Assembly: GCA_020891255.1 (NCBI GenBank)
Contig: BQFW01000009.1
Location: forward strand, 1,736,001 to 1,800,000
Source: Entomortierella parvispora E1425
Lineage: Eukaryota; Fungi; Mortierellomycota
Direction of reading: 5' to 3'
Length of the DNA: 64,000 nucleotides
The stretch's first letter is position 1; each line of letters starts with the position of its first letter. Shown piece by piece: positions 33,873 to 46,600 of the stretch. A model generated the notes under the pieces. It searched no databases. It saw only the letters and a program-made list of their open reading frames with translations, and was not told where the DNA came from. A program made the position numbers and the translations under genes.

Positions 33873-36800
33873 ATGATCCGCAATCCTCAGCTCGGATCTA
33901 CAGCTCCACAATTGCTACAACTGGAATCGCAGGCATTGCAAAGGGCAGCGGATACTCTCAATGAGGCGTGCAACCAGACCAACATCGACATACAAAGGCG
34001 AGCATGCAAAGACGTTGAAAAGCAGCTCCAGGATGTTCTTTTCCGCAACAAACAGCCGACCGACCCATTTTCAAAAGTTGTTTACCAGCAACTATTGAAA
34101 AATGTCGCGGATATTTTCGAGGAGCAAAACGCGCTCTGGAGTAGCCTGAAAGCCAACAGCAACGTCAGCAGTCTTGAGTCGGAAGCGCCAAAGCCGGCCA
34201 AGCCTGCCTCATCGAAGTCACTTTCGAAAGGTCTTCGACGATTTTTTGGTGGCCAGCGTAGTTCGCCCACACCTTCTGTCAAGGAAAAGACGTCCACGCC
34301 GCTTGTTAAAGAGAAAGCGACCGGCGTCAAGGCAGTGACTCCTTTTCCTAATCCCGCCATTTTCACTGCGAACATCACCAAGCTGTCCGAGTTTCCTTTG
34401 CCAGGCGTCAATGAACCGTTCTCATCAATCTCGCAACTGACGTTTTGCCTCAGTTTGCTCTGCTTAGCTGGCAAGGCCGGGGCGTCTCTTCCGCCAGAGT
34501 TTGAAAAGATGCTCTCTCTCAATCAGCAAAAGTGGCTTACAGAAATTGCGTGCCAGTCTGGAGAGCAACGGCGAATTCGGTCCATGTCTGCGGGGGTTAT
34601 GGTGGCGTTTATGGATGAGCGGCTCAAGTATCCAGCAATGGTCGCTGAGGTAACCTATTTGGCGCCGGTTCTCGACCGTGACGAGTATCGAACGCTACTC
34701 AATTGGATAATCGGGACAATCAAGAGTTCATCGTTGATGGAGATGCACTTATTGGAGGGACTCACTGCCATGCTTCAAGGGGCTTCGTCTGGATATCTCC
34801 GAGCTGGAGACCTTGTCTCTATCCTCACCGACCTCAATGCGTGCTACAGGGCTGTCCACAAACCATCCGTGGAAGACGTGTACCGGTTGACTTCAGCCAT
34901 TTCACATGTCTTGGATGCTATGGTGCTGACCAACGTCGGTGGATTGGATCGTGTAGCACTTCATGAGCCACTTTTGGAGTATCTGCGAGAGCTGTGTAGC
35001 CACAAGGACATTTTTATACGCTATCAAGGCGTGCGTGCATTTCAAGCGCTCCTCTGCATCTCCGATGATGAAACCAAAGCGATCAAGTATCTTCGGCGCA
35101 CTGCGGGAACTCTGAAGGCGGTTTCTACCATCGTTAGTGGTGTCAAAAGCGTGGACCTGAACAGCATTTTCAATGGATTCAAGGACGTCAAAAAGGACTT
35201 GGACGACATTTGCGATGTGATCACCAACGTGTACGACGGTGCTTCGAAATTATGGGAGACAGGCGAGGCGCTGAAGAGTATCAAAGACGGTTTCAGATTC
35301 GATCGCAAACGGCCATGGTATCCGGCTCTCAGAATCGCGGATGATCTGATCAAGGATGGACGTCTGTTGGACTTCAAGACCTTTATCTATGATGCCCCTT
35401 TTCGAATGAGCAAAGAGTTCCAGTTTGGAATTTGCATGGGCCTAGGACGGATTGCTTTGGATTCTGAATGGGACGAATCGACTCGTCGGGAGGCAGTCGA
35501 GTTCTTGATCGACATCTACAGGAATGACAACGTCTGGGACTATCACCCAGCTATCAGTGAATGGATCGTATCAATTCTTGGCCAGCTTGGAGACTCGCTA
35601 AACGCGTCAATCAGCGGACATAGCTCGGAAGCTCTGAAGAACTTGGCAGGCGACGGTGATTCCAAAAAACAAGCACAATATCAACAATATCTCAACACGT
35701 CTCGGGAAGTCGTCCCAATTCTGGCAATCACTCGGACGATCCCCTCATCCACGCTACTTCGCCAAGCACAAGGTATTCCAGACGTCGAGTCTGAAATATC
35801 TCGAATCAAGACCCGAAGCCGCGAATGTCAAAACCAGATCATCTATATCCCAGTCCAAGCTAAGGCCAGCTTGCAAGCACCTGATGACCAGCGATTCTCT
35901 CTGATGGACAAAGTCGAGGAATTTCTTGCCAGTGAGCGACAAGTTTTGTTGATCCTTGGCGATTCTGGAGGGGGCAAATCGACATTCAACAGGGCATTGG
36001 AGCAGCATCTATGGGATCGGTATGAAGAAGGCGGGCCTGTTCCAATTCTTGTCAACCTCCCAGCAATCGAGAATCCGGAAAAGAATCTTGTCATCAAGCA
36101 GTTGCAGAATCTGGATCTATCCAAGGACGATATGATTCTCGAACTTAAACGATCCCGGACCCTGATTCTCATCTGCGACGGCTTTGACGAAATCCCAGAA
36201 TCCCACAACCTTTTCAATCGCAACCTCTTTAATCAGCCTGGTCAATGGAAGGTCAAGATGGTTATCAGCTGTCGAAGCACCTATGTTGGCAGGAATTACG
36301 TCGAGCTGTTTCAGCCTCTCGATCGTAACCGTACCATTGGAGGGACCCTCTTCCAAGAAGTCGCCATTACTCCGTTTTCCAAAGCTCAGGTCCAGAGCTA
36401 TGTCCGTCTTTATGTTGACCATTATCAGCCTGTTTGGACCGTTGCACAATATCTTCAGGCTCTTGACAAAGTTCCTAGTCTTTATGAACTGGTGACAAAT
36501 CCTTTCCTCCTGATGGCAACCTTGGAGGTCTTAACGCCCGTCGATGGAGTGGAGCTGGATATCGAATTGAATGAGCTCACTCGAGTAAGACTCTACGAGC
36601 TTTTTATCAACCGATGGCTCGAACGTGGCGAGAAGAGGTCCTTCGAGAAAACTCTTGAGCCCATCGCCAGACGAACCTTGAGAGAGCTTTCAGAAGAAGG
36701 ATTTGCACAGCGCGGATTGAATTACCTGAAAAGACTGGCCGAATCAATCTACAGAGAACAAGGCGGGAATCCGATCGTCCAATACCTCCCGCTAAGTGAC

Positions 36801-39290
36801 AAGAGGTCATGGAAGGGGGAATTCTTTGGCCACGACGAGGAGGCCCAACTTTTGCTTGAAGCGAGTCCTATTCTCCGAAGCGGCCTTCAATATCGCTTTA
36901 TCCACCGATCTGTCCTCGAATATCTTTTTTCGTGTGTCATCTTCGAACAGTGCTCTAATGGCGTCGGGAAAACCAAGGAGGGCGATCATCTGATGAGGCT
37001 GCAGCACCTTGTGAAAGAAACATCAGTCATCGATTTCCTATCTGTTCGTGTTCCTCACTCGCACTTATTCAAGCAGCATCTCTTGAGTTTGCTAGAAAGG
37101 TCAAAGTCGTCTGCCAACAACAAAGGTGCGTGCAACGCTGCGGCCAACGCAATCACAATACTGGTTCAAGCTGGAGTGCCATTCAACCATGCCCGCTTGC
37201 AATGGATCCAGATCCCAGGAGCCGATCTCAGTCATGGCGAGTTTGATGGTGCGCTTCTGCATGGAGCTGACCTCACAGGAGTCACTTTCCGGAGTGCATG
37301 GCTACGGGGCGCCGACTTTAGAAACGCACAATTGACCAATGCTGTCTTTGGCGAGATGCCCTTTCTACAACTCGATTGTCCAGTCTACTGCAGTGGATTT
37401 TCACCCAACGGACAGTTATTTGCTGTAGGCCACAAGAAGGGGATCTCCGTATACGAGGCGCTTACGTGGACTCCTCTTGGAACCCTGGCCTGCGATTCTC
37501 CCGTCGTGCAGCTGGCGTTCAACCCTCTCGGTGAGAAAATCGCCTTTGCTATAGCGGAGGGCTGGATTCTACAGTGGGATCTTGGCTATGAAGAAGCCGA
37601 TGAAAGTTGGAAGAGCAGCGGGTACATTCACAGTTTGACGTACTCGCCTCTGGGCGAATCTATTCTCTGGATCAGTCTAGGATCCATATTTCTCAACGGA
37701 CACATTTGGATATGGGATACTGCAACGGGAGTCTGCTATCGGTTTTTGAAGTACGAGGATATTGATATGAGAGGAGTAACGTTTTTGCCCGACGGAAAAC
37801 AAATCGCCGTGATCGATGGCGAGAGAACGATAAGAATTTTGGATCTGGAATCTGGATGCACCACGAGCGTCCTTCAACAATCCAGCTCACTCTTGACCGC
37901 CAGATTATTGCAATGCTCTGCCAATGGACAGCGGATAATCGCTGGAAGCGGCAACAAAATCTTGGTATGGGACGTTTCAACAGGAGGGCTAGAGCGCACT
38001 TTGGTGGGACGCTCAGAATGCCCAGACTCTGAATTTATTTTGGACCTCACAATATCTTCAGATGGTGTCCAAATCGCCTCATGCGGAAAAGACGAAACCG
38101 TTCGACTATGGGATGCTCGGGATGGATCTTGTTCTCATATTCTTCGGGGGCACTCCACGCGAGTTACAACCGTATCGTTCTCACCAAGTGGACAACATGC
38201 TACGTCCGGGAGCTGCGATGGGACTGTTCGATTGTGGGATACGCAAAGTAGCCATGTTAAACCTATGGCGTCGAGAAGTGGCTTTAGGGCAATCAGTTGC
38301 TCAGCTTATTCACACACTGCGGACAAAGTGGCAATTGCTTACGCGGACGGAGTTGTCGAACTGCGCGATGGTCAAACAGGATCCGATTGCTATTTCCAAT
38401 GGAAACATTCAGCGAGAATTGATTTCATGTCGTACTCCAGGGATGGCCGTTATCTTGTCACTGGAACGGAAGGCGACTTGATCTGCTGGGACACAGTTAC
38501 GGGACTTTGTCGGCGGAGCTTTGAAGGCCATAAACGCTCTGTCTGGCTTATGACCCTGTCGCCTGATGGTCACACGGTAGTTTCAGGATCTTACAGCAGC
38601 GCTGGTCTGTGCTGGGACATGGAGACGGGAGCAACACAGATCTACCATCCACACGAGCGCGAAGCAATAACTTGTCTGGCCTTCTCCCCCGATGGGCGAC
38701 AGATTTTGTCCGCAGCTGCAGATAGATCAATTTCAGTATGGGATCGAGAGAAGAAGCAACTCGTTTTTGAAGCGGAGGCTATAGACCACGACGACAGGAT
38801 CTCGGTCGTGGCAATGTCGCCGACAGGCATTTGGCTTGCTTCAGGAGGCAATGACAACAACATTCTCATATGGAACGCGAAATCATGTTCTCTTGAATTC
38901 CTCTTGAGGGGACACATGGGTACGATCGTCAGCGCAGAGTTCTCACAGGATGAAAAGTTGCTTGCGACAGGGTGTATGAACCGCGTTGTGCGAGTTTGGG
39001 ATGTGGCGACAGGTGCTTGTAAGGCTATCCTGGAGGACTTTAATGGTGGTGTTGAAACGATCATCAGGGACCCTGTTCGCTCTGGAGTCTTTCATGTTGT
39101 CAGTCATAGCGAGAAGAATGTCTGCCGGTGGGTGATCGAGCCAAACGGGGATGGGTACAGGATGAATTGGTGCTGGGGCAGCCTTGATGAAGGGCGTCTC
39201 AGTCTGGCTGCTGTCCATACTGAGGGATCGAAAGGACTCAGCGACATCAACAGACGGCTTCTGGAACAGCGAAGAGCTCTTGAGCAGTAG
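33873..39290 (+). CDS. NLR-like STAND protein: N-terminal helical (ARM-like) region, NACHT, pentapeptide repeats, WD40 repeats; about 1805 aa, single exon
   Basis: Walker A GDSGGGKST (about 35958-35984) and Walker B LILICDGFDE. Pentapeptide run ADLSHGEFDGALLHGADLTGVTFRSAWLRGADFRNAQLTNAVF. Many WD repeats (e.g. LRGHSTRVTTVSFSPSGQHATSGSCDGTVRLWD). First ATG is at 33873; an upstream exon cannot be excluded. Confidence 0.9.
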   Translation: MIRNPQLGSTAPQLLQLESQALQRAADTLNEACNQTNIDIQRRACKDVEKQLQDVLFRNKQPTDPFSKVVYQQLLKNVADIFEEQNALWSSLKANSNVSSLESEAPKPAKPASSKSLSKGLRRFFGGQRSSPTPSVKEKTSTPLVKEKATGVKAVTPFPNPAIFTANITKLSEFPLPGVNEPFSSISQLTFCLSLLCLAGKAGASLPPEFEKMLSLNQQKWLTEIACQSGEQRRIRSMSAGVMVAFMDERLKYPAMVAEVTYLAPVLDRDEYRTLLNWIIGTIKSSSLMEMHLLEGLTAMLQGASSGYLRAGDLVSILTDLNACYRAVHKPSVEDVYRLTSAISHVLDAMVLTNVGGLDRVALHEPLLEYLRELCSHKDIFIRYQGVRAFQALLCISDDETKAIKYLRRTAGTLKAVSTIVSGVKSVDLNSIFNGFKDVKKDLDDICDVITNVYDGASKLWETGEALKSIKDGFRFDRKRPWYPALRIADDLIKDGRLLDFKTFIYDAPFRMSKEFQFGICMGLGRIALDSEWDESTRREAVEFLIDIYRNDNVWDYHPAISEWIVSILGQLGDSLNASISGHSSEALKNLAGDGDSKKQAQYQQYLNTSREVVPILAITRTIPSSTLLRQAQGIPDVESEISRIKTRSRECQNQIIYIPVQAKASLQAPDDQRFSLMDKVEEFLASERQVLLILGDSGGGKSTFNRALEQHLWDRYEEGGPVPILVNLPAIENPEKNLVIKQLQNLDLSKDDMILELKRSRTLILICDGFDEIPESHNLFNRNLFNQPGQWKVKMVISCRSTYVGRNYVELFQPLDRNRTIGGTLFQEVAITPFSKAQVQSYVRLYVDHYQPVWTVAQYLQALDKVPSLYELVTNPFLLMATLEVLTPVDGVELDIELNELTRVRLYELFINRWLERGEKRSFEKTLEPIARRTLRELSEEGFAQRGLNYLKRLAESIYREQGGNPIVQYLPLSDKRSWKGEFFGHDEEAQLLLEASPILRSGLQYRFIHRSVLEYLFSCVIFEQCSNGVGKTKEGDHLMRLQHLVKETSVIDFLSVRVPHSHLFKQHLLSLLERSKSSANNKGACNAAANAITILVQAGVPFNHARLQWIQIPGADLSHGEFDGALLHGADLTGVTFRSAWLRGADFRNAQLTNAVFGEMPFLQLDCPVYCSGFSPNGQLFAVGHKKGISVYEALTWTPLGTLACDSPVVQLAFNPLGEKIAFAIAEGWILQWDLGYEEADESWKSSGYIHSLTYSPLGESILWISLGSIFLNGHIWIWDTATGVCYRFLKYEDIDMRGVTFLPDGKQIAVIDGERTIRILDLESGCTTSVLQQSSSLLTARLLQCSANGQRIIAGSGNKILVWDVSTGGLERTLVGRSECPDSEFILDLTISSDGVQIASCGKDETVRLWDARDGSCSHILRGHSTRVTTVSFSPSGQHATSGSCDGTVRLWDTQSSHVKPMASRSGFRAISCSAYSHTADKVAIAYADGVVELRDGQTGSDCYFQWKHSARIDFMSYSRDGRYLVTGTEGDLICWDTVTGLCRRSFEGHKRSVWLMTLSPDGHTVVSGSYSSAGLCWDMETGATQIYHPHEREAITCLAFSPDGRQILSAAADRSISVWDREKKQLVFEAEAIDHDDRISVVAMSPTGIWLASGGNDNNILIWNAKSCSLEFLLRGHMGTIVSAEFSQDEKLLATGCMNRVVRVWDVATGACKAILEDFNGGVETIIRDPVRSGVFHVVSHSEKNVCRWVIEPNGDGYRMNWCWGSLDEGRLSLAAVHTEGSKGLSDINRRLLEQRRALEQ

Positions 39291-39804
39291 AGCTGACGAA
39301 GTGGGTGAAGGAAATAAAAAAAAAATGTACTGTTCTTTGATCTGATCGTCCACTGTTGCCTGGAAAATAAGGATTCACACACACGTCCGTGACACCAGAA
39401 GGTCTAGCGCCACCAATAGGCTTGGACAGACCAGACAGAAGCAGAGCCAGCCCACGGACAAAAAGATTGAGCCGCAACGTTGTCCGTGTGAAAGGAAATA
39501 AGCGGCCGGGCATGGTCCAACTCTGCAGCCACTGTGGGGCTGCTCCGAGGCAGCAGTCCGTCCCGTCGGTCGGTTTGCATGTGATTTAAGCTTTGGACAG
39601 ACCCGGGGACTTGTGATTGGGGAGGTTGACGGGCTCGTTTCGTTGCATTTACAGCGTGCAGCTTCTTTTTTTGAAAGCTTCTCTTTCTCCAGACAGGAAG
39701 GACCCTTTCGTCTCTTTCTTCTCTTGACTCAACACACGCACTTGCACATACACTCTCTCCTCTCTTTTATTCCAACCACCCACCGCACTCTTTTCGACAG
39801 CATC

Positions 39805-41533
39805 ATGTCTGACAGCACCGTTCACGCCATTGCCGGTACGTCTGTCGTCCATGTCTCGTTCCTCTTGTCCTTCTCGCTTTCCATTGTCCGCTTGGAGAGG
39901 AAGGCATGCAGTTGGGCTGCATGTGCATGTGCTTGTGCGCATGGACTACTTTTTGCATTAGAGAGCTGGCCCTTTTGCATGCTTTGTTCTTCGTGGAGCC
40001 ACCACAGCACAGACACCCTGACCCTTTTTATTCCATTCTTTTCGTTCTATGCAAACAGGAGCCGGAGGTGGAATCATCTCCATGGCTTTGACCTACCCCC
40101 TCATCACCGTCAGCAGCAGACTTCAGGTTCAGAAGGACAAGAAGAGCAAGGACTCGTACAAGGTACTGTCTTTGCTTCTCTCTCTTGCACTCAAAGAATG
40201 ACCGATCCAACAAAAAAAAAAAAAAAAAAAAAGGACGAACTAGCCAGTGTCATAAAGTGAACACGAAAAACACGAGCCATTGATCTGCATTTTTTAACCT
40301 TTTTCTCTTTTCGTTATGGTCGTCCTGTAGAGTGGAGCTGATGCTGTCAAGAAGATCTTGGCCAAGGAGGGTATCGCTGGTCTTTACTCGTAAGTCTTCA
40401 GGATAGTTTCGGATGGAGCAATTGCTTCCGGGGGCAAGGATCGAAAAAAAGCGTGGTAACACATTGGGACCCAAGGCAGCTAAATCTCCTTTCTTTTTGT
40501 CAAAAAAAACAGTGGTCTCGACAGCGCGTTGTTCGGCATCTCGCTCACCAACTACTGCTACTATTACTTTTACGAGTTCACAAAGTCGTGGATCAACAAG
40601 GCACAGATGAGCACGATCGAGTCCATGTCGGCCGGTGCTGTTGCTGGTTCGTTTTTTTTTTATGTTTGATCTACGGGACAATTTGATCCGATCGGACTTG
40701 AACTCAACTCAACTCGCGTTCTCCATTCCCCTCCGTGGGATGATTTTCGTTTTCTCTATTTTTTCCCCTTTTTCATAGGTGCCGCCACTGTGTTGATCAC
40801 CAACCCCATCTGGGTCGTGAACGTGAGTTCTCAGGACATGGATGCATCATTCTTCAGCACAAACATAGAAAGGAGAAGCTCACCATTCTTTTACTATTGT
40901 TGAACCTCCAGACCCGTATTGCTACCCGCAATGCCAGCGCACCCAACTCTCGCCCCATGGGTACTATTGAGACGGCGACTCAGATGATCAAGGATAACGG
41001 CATCAAGTCGTTCTGGCAAGGAGTTGCACCCGCCTTGATCTTGGTCGCCAACCCCATCATCCAGTACACTGTCTTTGAGAAGATCAAGACCCGTATCTCC
41101 AAGTCGCGCGCCTTGACCAGCTTTGATTTCTTCCTCCTGGGAGCCATCAGCAAGTTGGCCGCCACGAGTATCACTTACCCTTACATGTACGTCGCTGTTT
41201 TTTTTGTCTTTTTTTTCATTTTTTTTTTTTTTTTTTTCATCTCGGTCGATCACTAATCCCCTTACCTTCCATTTGACTTGTGATAGTGTGGTCAAGTCTC
41301 GCATGCAGTTGAAGCAATCGGATGACGCCAAGGAGCGCTATAGCTCGATCATGGATGGATTCCGCAAGATCATCAAGTATGAGGGCGTTGCTGGTCTGTA
41401 CAAGGGCATCTCGTCCAAGATTGTGCAATCAATCTTGACGGCGTCCTTCTTGTTCATGGCTCAGGCCAGCTTGGTGCAATATGTGGCCCGACTTTTGACC
41501 TTCCTCGGTATGAGGGCCCAGAAGAGAATCTAA
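39805..41533 (+). CDS. PMP47: Peroxisomal mitochondrial-carrier-family transporter (PMP47/SLC25A17-like), 297 aa; exons 39805-39835, 40059-40162, 40331-40389, 40513-40646, 40779-40822, 40912-41186, 41287-41533
   Basis: Three carrier repeats: TYPLITVSSRLQ, TNPIWVVNTRI, TYPYIVVKSRMQ. Also EGIAGLYSG, KSFWQG, LVANPIIQYTVFE and EGVAGLYKG. Starts MSDSTVHAIAGAGGGIISMALTYP. Total 894 nt. Confidence 0.9.
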
Positions 41534-43647
41534 GAAAGAAATCTCTTTCACTGCTCTGCCCCGAGTTCTGGTTATGACCGATAGACAACAATATACACCC
41601 CATCATAAAAGTTAGAAAGTAATCACCATAACAAAGGATAAAAAAGGGTGATATGTTACCCGTGAAGGTAGAGACAGGGAAGGTAAGAAAGAGGCAAACT
41701 GGAACTGAAGCGTGGAAAGGGGAAATATTTGATCGAGCGAGAGCTGAAACCGAAAGAGGACAGGGGTTTTTTTTAACTTGCCTGTTTTGGTCAGCAATTG
41801 ACAGAGCTGCGGTGGGAAAAAAAGGGCCCTCGGCGACAAGATAGGTACCAGGATCGTGGGTGGCCAAGGAGCAGTTGAAACACGAGGTTTCTAGCCCGAC
41901 TGCTTCTGACAGGACTTTGAGGGTCGCTGGGCTGTACTGAATACGGCGATCATGTCCAGATCTGGGCAATTTGACAGATTGGCAAAAGAGACGCTCACAA
42001 TTGCGTGCGTGCAGAAGGCCGCAGCCTCGAGAACTTTGATGCCCGCGCTGTGGGATGTGAACACGATTTACGCAACCGAATTTGGAAGTGATTTGCTTGA
42101 GTTTTCCGTTTTTGTGGGCGACGTGCAGCAGAAGGAAAAGAGAGAGATGAACGAAAATTAGAGCCTTGGGGAGAGATTGGCGACTGACGAACGAAATGAT
42201 GAGCGAAATGTTCTCAGTGAATCTTGGACTTGCCACAGAGAAGTTGTTGCCTGTGCGCGCGTGCTTGCACGATAGAAGGGATCTTGATAGTCTAGTTTGG
42301 CTCAAGAAGACAAAAAAAGACGTTGGGTGGCGGAGGGTGTCCACAGGGAGAGGGAACACGACAACAATTGAGGTACCCACGAAGCAAAGCAACCTTGAAT
42401 TGGGCGATCGAGGGAAAGAAGGAAAAAGATTTTTTTGATACTGTAGTCTACGACAGATGACGAATCAATTGAGACATCAACAACACAAAACTCTTTTGTT
42501 TGAACAGAGGGGCAACATGATTGCGCGTAGCGAGTGCGTGTCCCTTTCCTTCTTGTCTGCCACTCTCTCTTTATCTATCATCACGCTCCATCCTCTCCAT
42601 TGGGGGTCTGCTCACCGTCCTTGTCTGCCTCATTAGTTTATTTTCTCCCCCTGCCGCTGCCCGCAGGCCAAGGCTGAGAGGCTGGTCTTTCCTTGGGTGG
42701 GCGTCACATAAATTTAGTCCAATCCGAGGGTCTGCGGAGCGGACCTCGGTGCGGGTGAGGCAAAGGACTTTAACTCGCGAGGTGCATGCATTGGCCCTTG
42801 TCCCGAGAGAGGGGATTAGTAACCATAGGTAAATCAGGTCAGGGGTATTTTCATCAATAATAATGTTGTGGAGTGAAGGGGACCATATCATCAGATCATG
42901 ATTCTCCCTTTTCATTCAGCGGTCGATCGGAGAGGGCGAGAGAAGGACGTGAGCGGTCCACGCAAGCAAAAAAAGAAGAGCGAGTTTGGTCTAGTGGCCA
43001 GTCCGACGTTCGGAGAGAAAAAAAAAAAAAAAAAAGCGTGCGAGAGCCATTTGAAAAGCAAAAAGTCGATTGAATTGCGGCGGGTTTGAGTGGGTGTGGT
43101 GTCCCAGGGATTGGAAGGTTGCAACCCAAAAAAGGACTTCATCTGCAATTGAACCCAAGGAAGGCGCGGCCGTTTCTCTGGGTGTTTCGCTTCCTTCCTT
43201 GGCACAGACACGCTTGCCAGGGACCAAAAGTGATTCTGGCCCGTCCTGGAGGCACGCCGGGCTGCGTGCTTAGAAATAGAAACCAGCAACCCAGGTGCGT
43301 GCTCGTCGGCCGATTCGCATATATAGCAACCTTCGGCGCACCCGCTTCTTTGCTTCTTTTCTTCTGTCTCCCTTCGTGTCCCTCATTACTTCTGCTGCGG
43401 CCCTTCCTTCCACCTTCCTCTCCGTTTGATCCAGACAGGTCGTCTATACCAACGGTAGCAACAGAAGCCAGATCAAAACCAGGAATCACATCGATCGGGA
43501 TCAGATCAGATCAGATCGACTCTTATTCCTTTTCCCCTCTCCTTTTGTGCCCTGTCTTCTCCCATCATCGCCACCAATTTGGACACAACTCTTTTCTTGT
43601 CCTTCCCCTCGTTTGCTCTTTTTCTTTGTTAATACCTCCACATCCAG

Positions 43648-46600
43648 ATGGGCGTCGACAGTTTCTGTAACAACCCAGAAGGCTGGGTAAGATAGATTTG
43701 CTTGCTTAGTGATCATCGTCGCCGCTATCGCCAACGGGCTTTGAAATCTTCACCTTCGGAGAAAACAGCAGATTGACCCTTTTTTTTTCTTCGTCTGCTC
43801 CATAACTCTGTGTTGTCGTAGGGTCCTACCAGCGATGTCAACGCAGATCTGACCCTCTGTGTCGAGGACACGATCCTCCTCGGCTTGCCCTCACTCGTCG
43901 CCATCGTTGGCATGTCCTACAAAATTTATACCATGTCCACTCGTGGCAAAAACCACAACCTGGGTAGAACCAACATCATCTACTGGCCCACGCAGATCCT
44001 CATGTTTGCTAGCGCCATCGCCCTGATCGCCAGGGCAGCCGTCCTCCACAAGGACACCTATGCACCCGCCACAATGTTCAGCACCCTCTGCATGGCCCTT
44101 TCCTGGGTAAGAAAAAGAGCCAAAAAGCCAAAATCTGGGCAGGGGTCGACAAGAGACCCCAAATTAATCGCCCGTTGAGCGTGAACCAAAGAAGAATGGT
44201 CAATTGACTGACAGGGTCTATTTTTTTTTTTTTTGTTTTTGGTCATAGTTGCTCGCCATTGTCCTCAACTACTTTCAACACAAGCAAGAGATCCGTTCCA
44301 ATGACTTTATCTTTGGGCTCTACATGATCACCATCGCCGCCTCAGCCATCAACATTCGTACCATGATCTTGCATCACATCACGGATCAGGACCAGTTCAA
44401 GGCCTTTGTGTCTTTTGTCGCCATCAACATCTTGGGTCTCATCTTCGAGGCCTGGCCTCGTGGACGCACCCAAGTACAACGCCAGTCCAAGGGTAGTGCC
44501 TTCGAAAAGGCCAACTTGTTCTCTCGCTTGACCTTCCACTACTTGCAGCCCATTGTCAGCAAGGGGTTCAAGACACCCCTCGCTAACAAGGATATCGAGG
44601 GCATGGTACCCGTGCACATCAAGACCCAGTACAGTTACGAGCATCTGAACAACAAGTGGCAGGCTGCTGTGGCCAAGAGCAAGGCCAAGGGTCAAAAGCC
44701 CAGTCTGTTCATGACCATCATGAAGGCCTACGGTCGTCAATGGGTTCCCATCATGATCTTCCGTATCGTCGCCTCGACTCTGACCTACGTGTTGCCTCAG
44801 CTCCTGAACGAGATTTTGGACTTTATTGCTTCGTACCAGGGCGATGAAGCTAGACAGCCTTTGGCCTTGGGCATCATCTTGGCCTTTGGTATGTTTTTTG
44901 CCTCGTTGGCCAACTCGTTCTTTATGGCTCAGTACTTCCAGGCTTGTATGAACGTCGGTATTGAGGCCAGAACTGCTTTAATTGCCATGATCTACCGCAA
45001 ATCCCTCAAGCTCTCCAGTGCTGCGAAACAAAAATCGACCGCTGGTGAAATCAACAACCACATGTCGGTCGATGCCGAACGTTGGCCCGACGCAATCACC
45101 TTCATGCCCATGTTCATTTCGATCCCTTATGAACTCGCCATTGGTCTTTGGATGCTCTGTAAGTCACATTTTCCCTCCTTCATTTGATTATTTTTTTTCT
45201 TTTTGGGCAAGGAACCATGTTTGCGGGTCGAGTATCAGAACAACCAAGCTAATCGTAGCCGTTGCTTTCCTTTCTTTTTAGATAATCAAATCGGCTGGAG
45301 TGTTTTCGTCGGTCTCGCGACCATTATTGCACTGATGCCCATTCAGGCACTCATTGCAAAGTACTTTATGAAGGCCAAGGCTGCAAAGTTGGAAGCCATG
45401 GATGGACGTGTTCGTATTATGAACGAAATTCTGTCGGGCATCAAGATTGTCAAACTGTACGGATGGGAGGATTCCTTCAGGGATCGCGTCAACGTTTACC
45501 GTCGCCGTGAGGTCGCCACTCTTCGTAAAATTGGTATCGTCTTTTCGTTTCTTTCAATCATGTTCCAGTCTGTGCCATTGTTGGTGGCCTTGGTCTCGTT
45601 CGCCGTCTACGCTACCCATGGTGGTCCCAACTTCGGACCCGGTGATATCAGCCCCCAGCGTGTTTTCGTCTCGATCTCGCTCTTTGGTATGCTCAACCGA
45701 CCCATTGGTATGTTGTCCCACATCATTGCTGAGGCCATTGGAGTTACTGTCGCCACCCGCCGTATCCAAAAGTTTTTGTTGGCTGAAGAAGTCTCGGATG
45801 ATACCACCGAGTCGATCAAGACCTTGCCTGGGGACCCCTCTGTTCCTTTGATCGAGATCACGAACGGCGTCTTTGCCTGGGAGACTGAAGGACCCGAGGT
45901 CGAGACCGAGAAGGAGAAGCGGGCTCGTGAAAAGGTCGAGGATAAGAAGCAGAAGCAGCTCGAGAAGGAGGCCTTGAAAGCTGGAAAGCCCATCCCTGAA
46001 AAGCCTATCCCTGTTGAGAAGAATTATGGACCCACTCTTATCGACGTCAACCTGACCATCGCGCGTGAAAACTTGACTGCTGTTGTGGGACGTGTCGGTC
46101 AAGGAAAGACTTCTCTGTTGAACGCCATCATTGGTGATATGTACAAGCGTGAAGGAACTGTCAAGACTTATGGATCAAAGGCCTATGTTGCTCAGCAAGG
46201 TAAAGACTGGACGCTTTTTTTTTTTTGTTTTGTTTCAAATGATGACCTGGACACAGTTTACTCATATCTATTGTATTCATCGATGATAGCCTGGATTGTC
46301 AACGCTACTCTGAGGGACAACATTACTTTCGGCAACGTCTTTGATCAAGCCAAGTATGATCATATTCTCATGGCCTGCGGTCTTTTACCCGATATTGCGA
46401 TGTTGCCTGCCGGCGATCAAACCGAGATTGGAGAGCGCGGAATCAACTTGTCTGGAGGACAGAAGCAGCGTGTTTCTTTGGCCCGTGCCGCTTATGAGGA
46501 CGCCGACATTTATCTGTTTGATGACCCCCTGAGTGCAGTCGATGCTCATGTGGATCAGCATCTTTGGCAAAACTTGATCGGACCCACTGGATTGCTCAAG

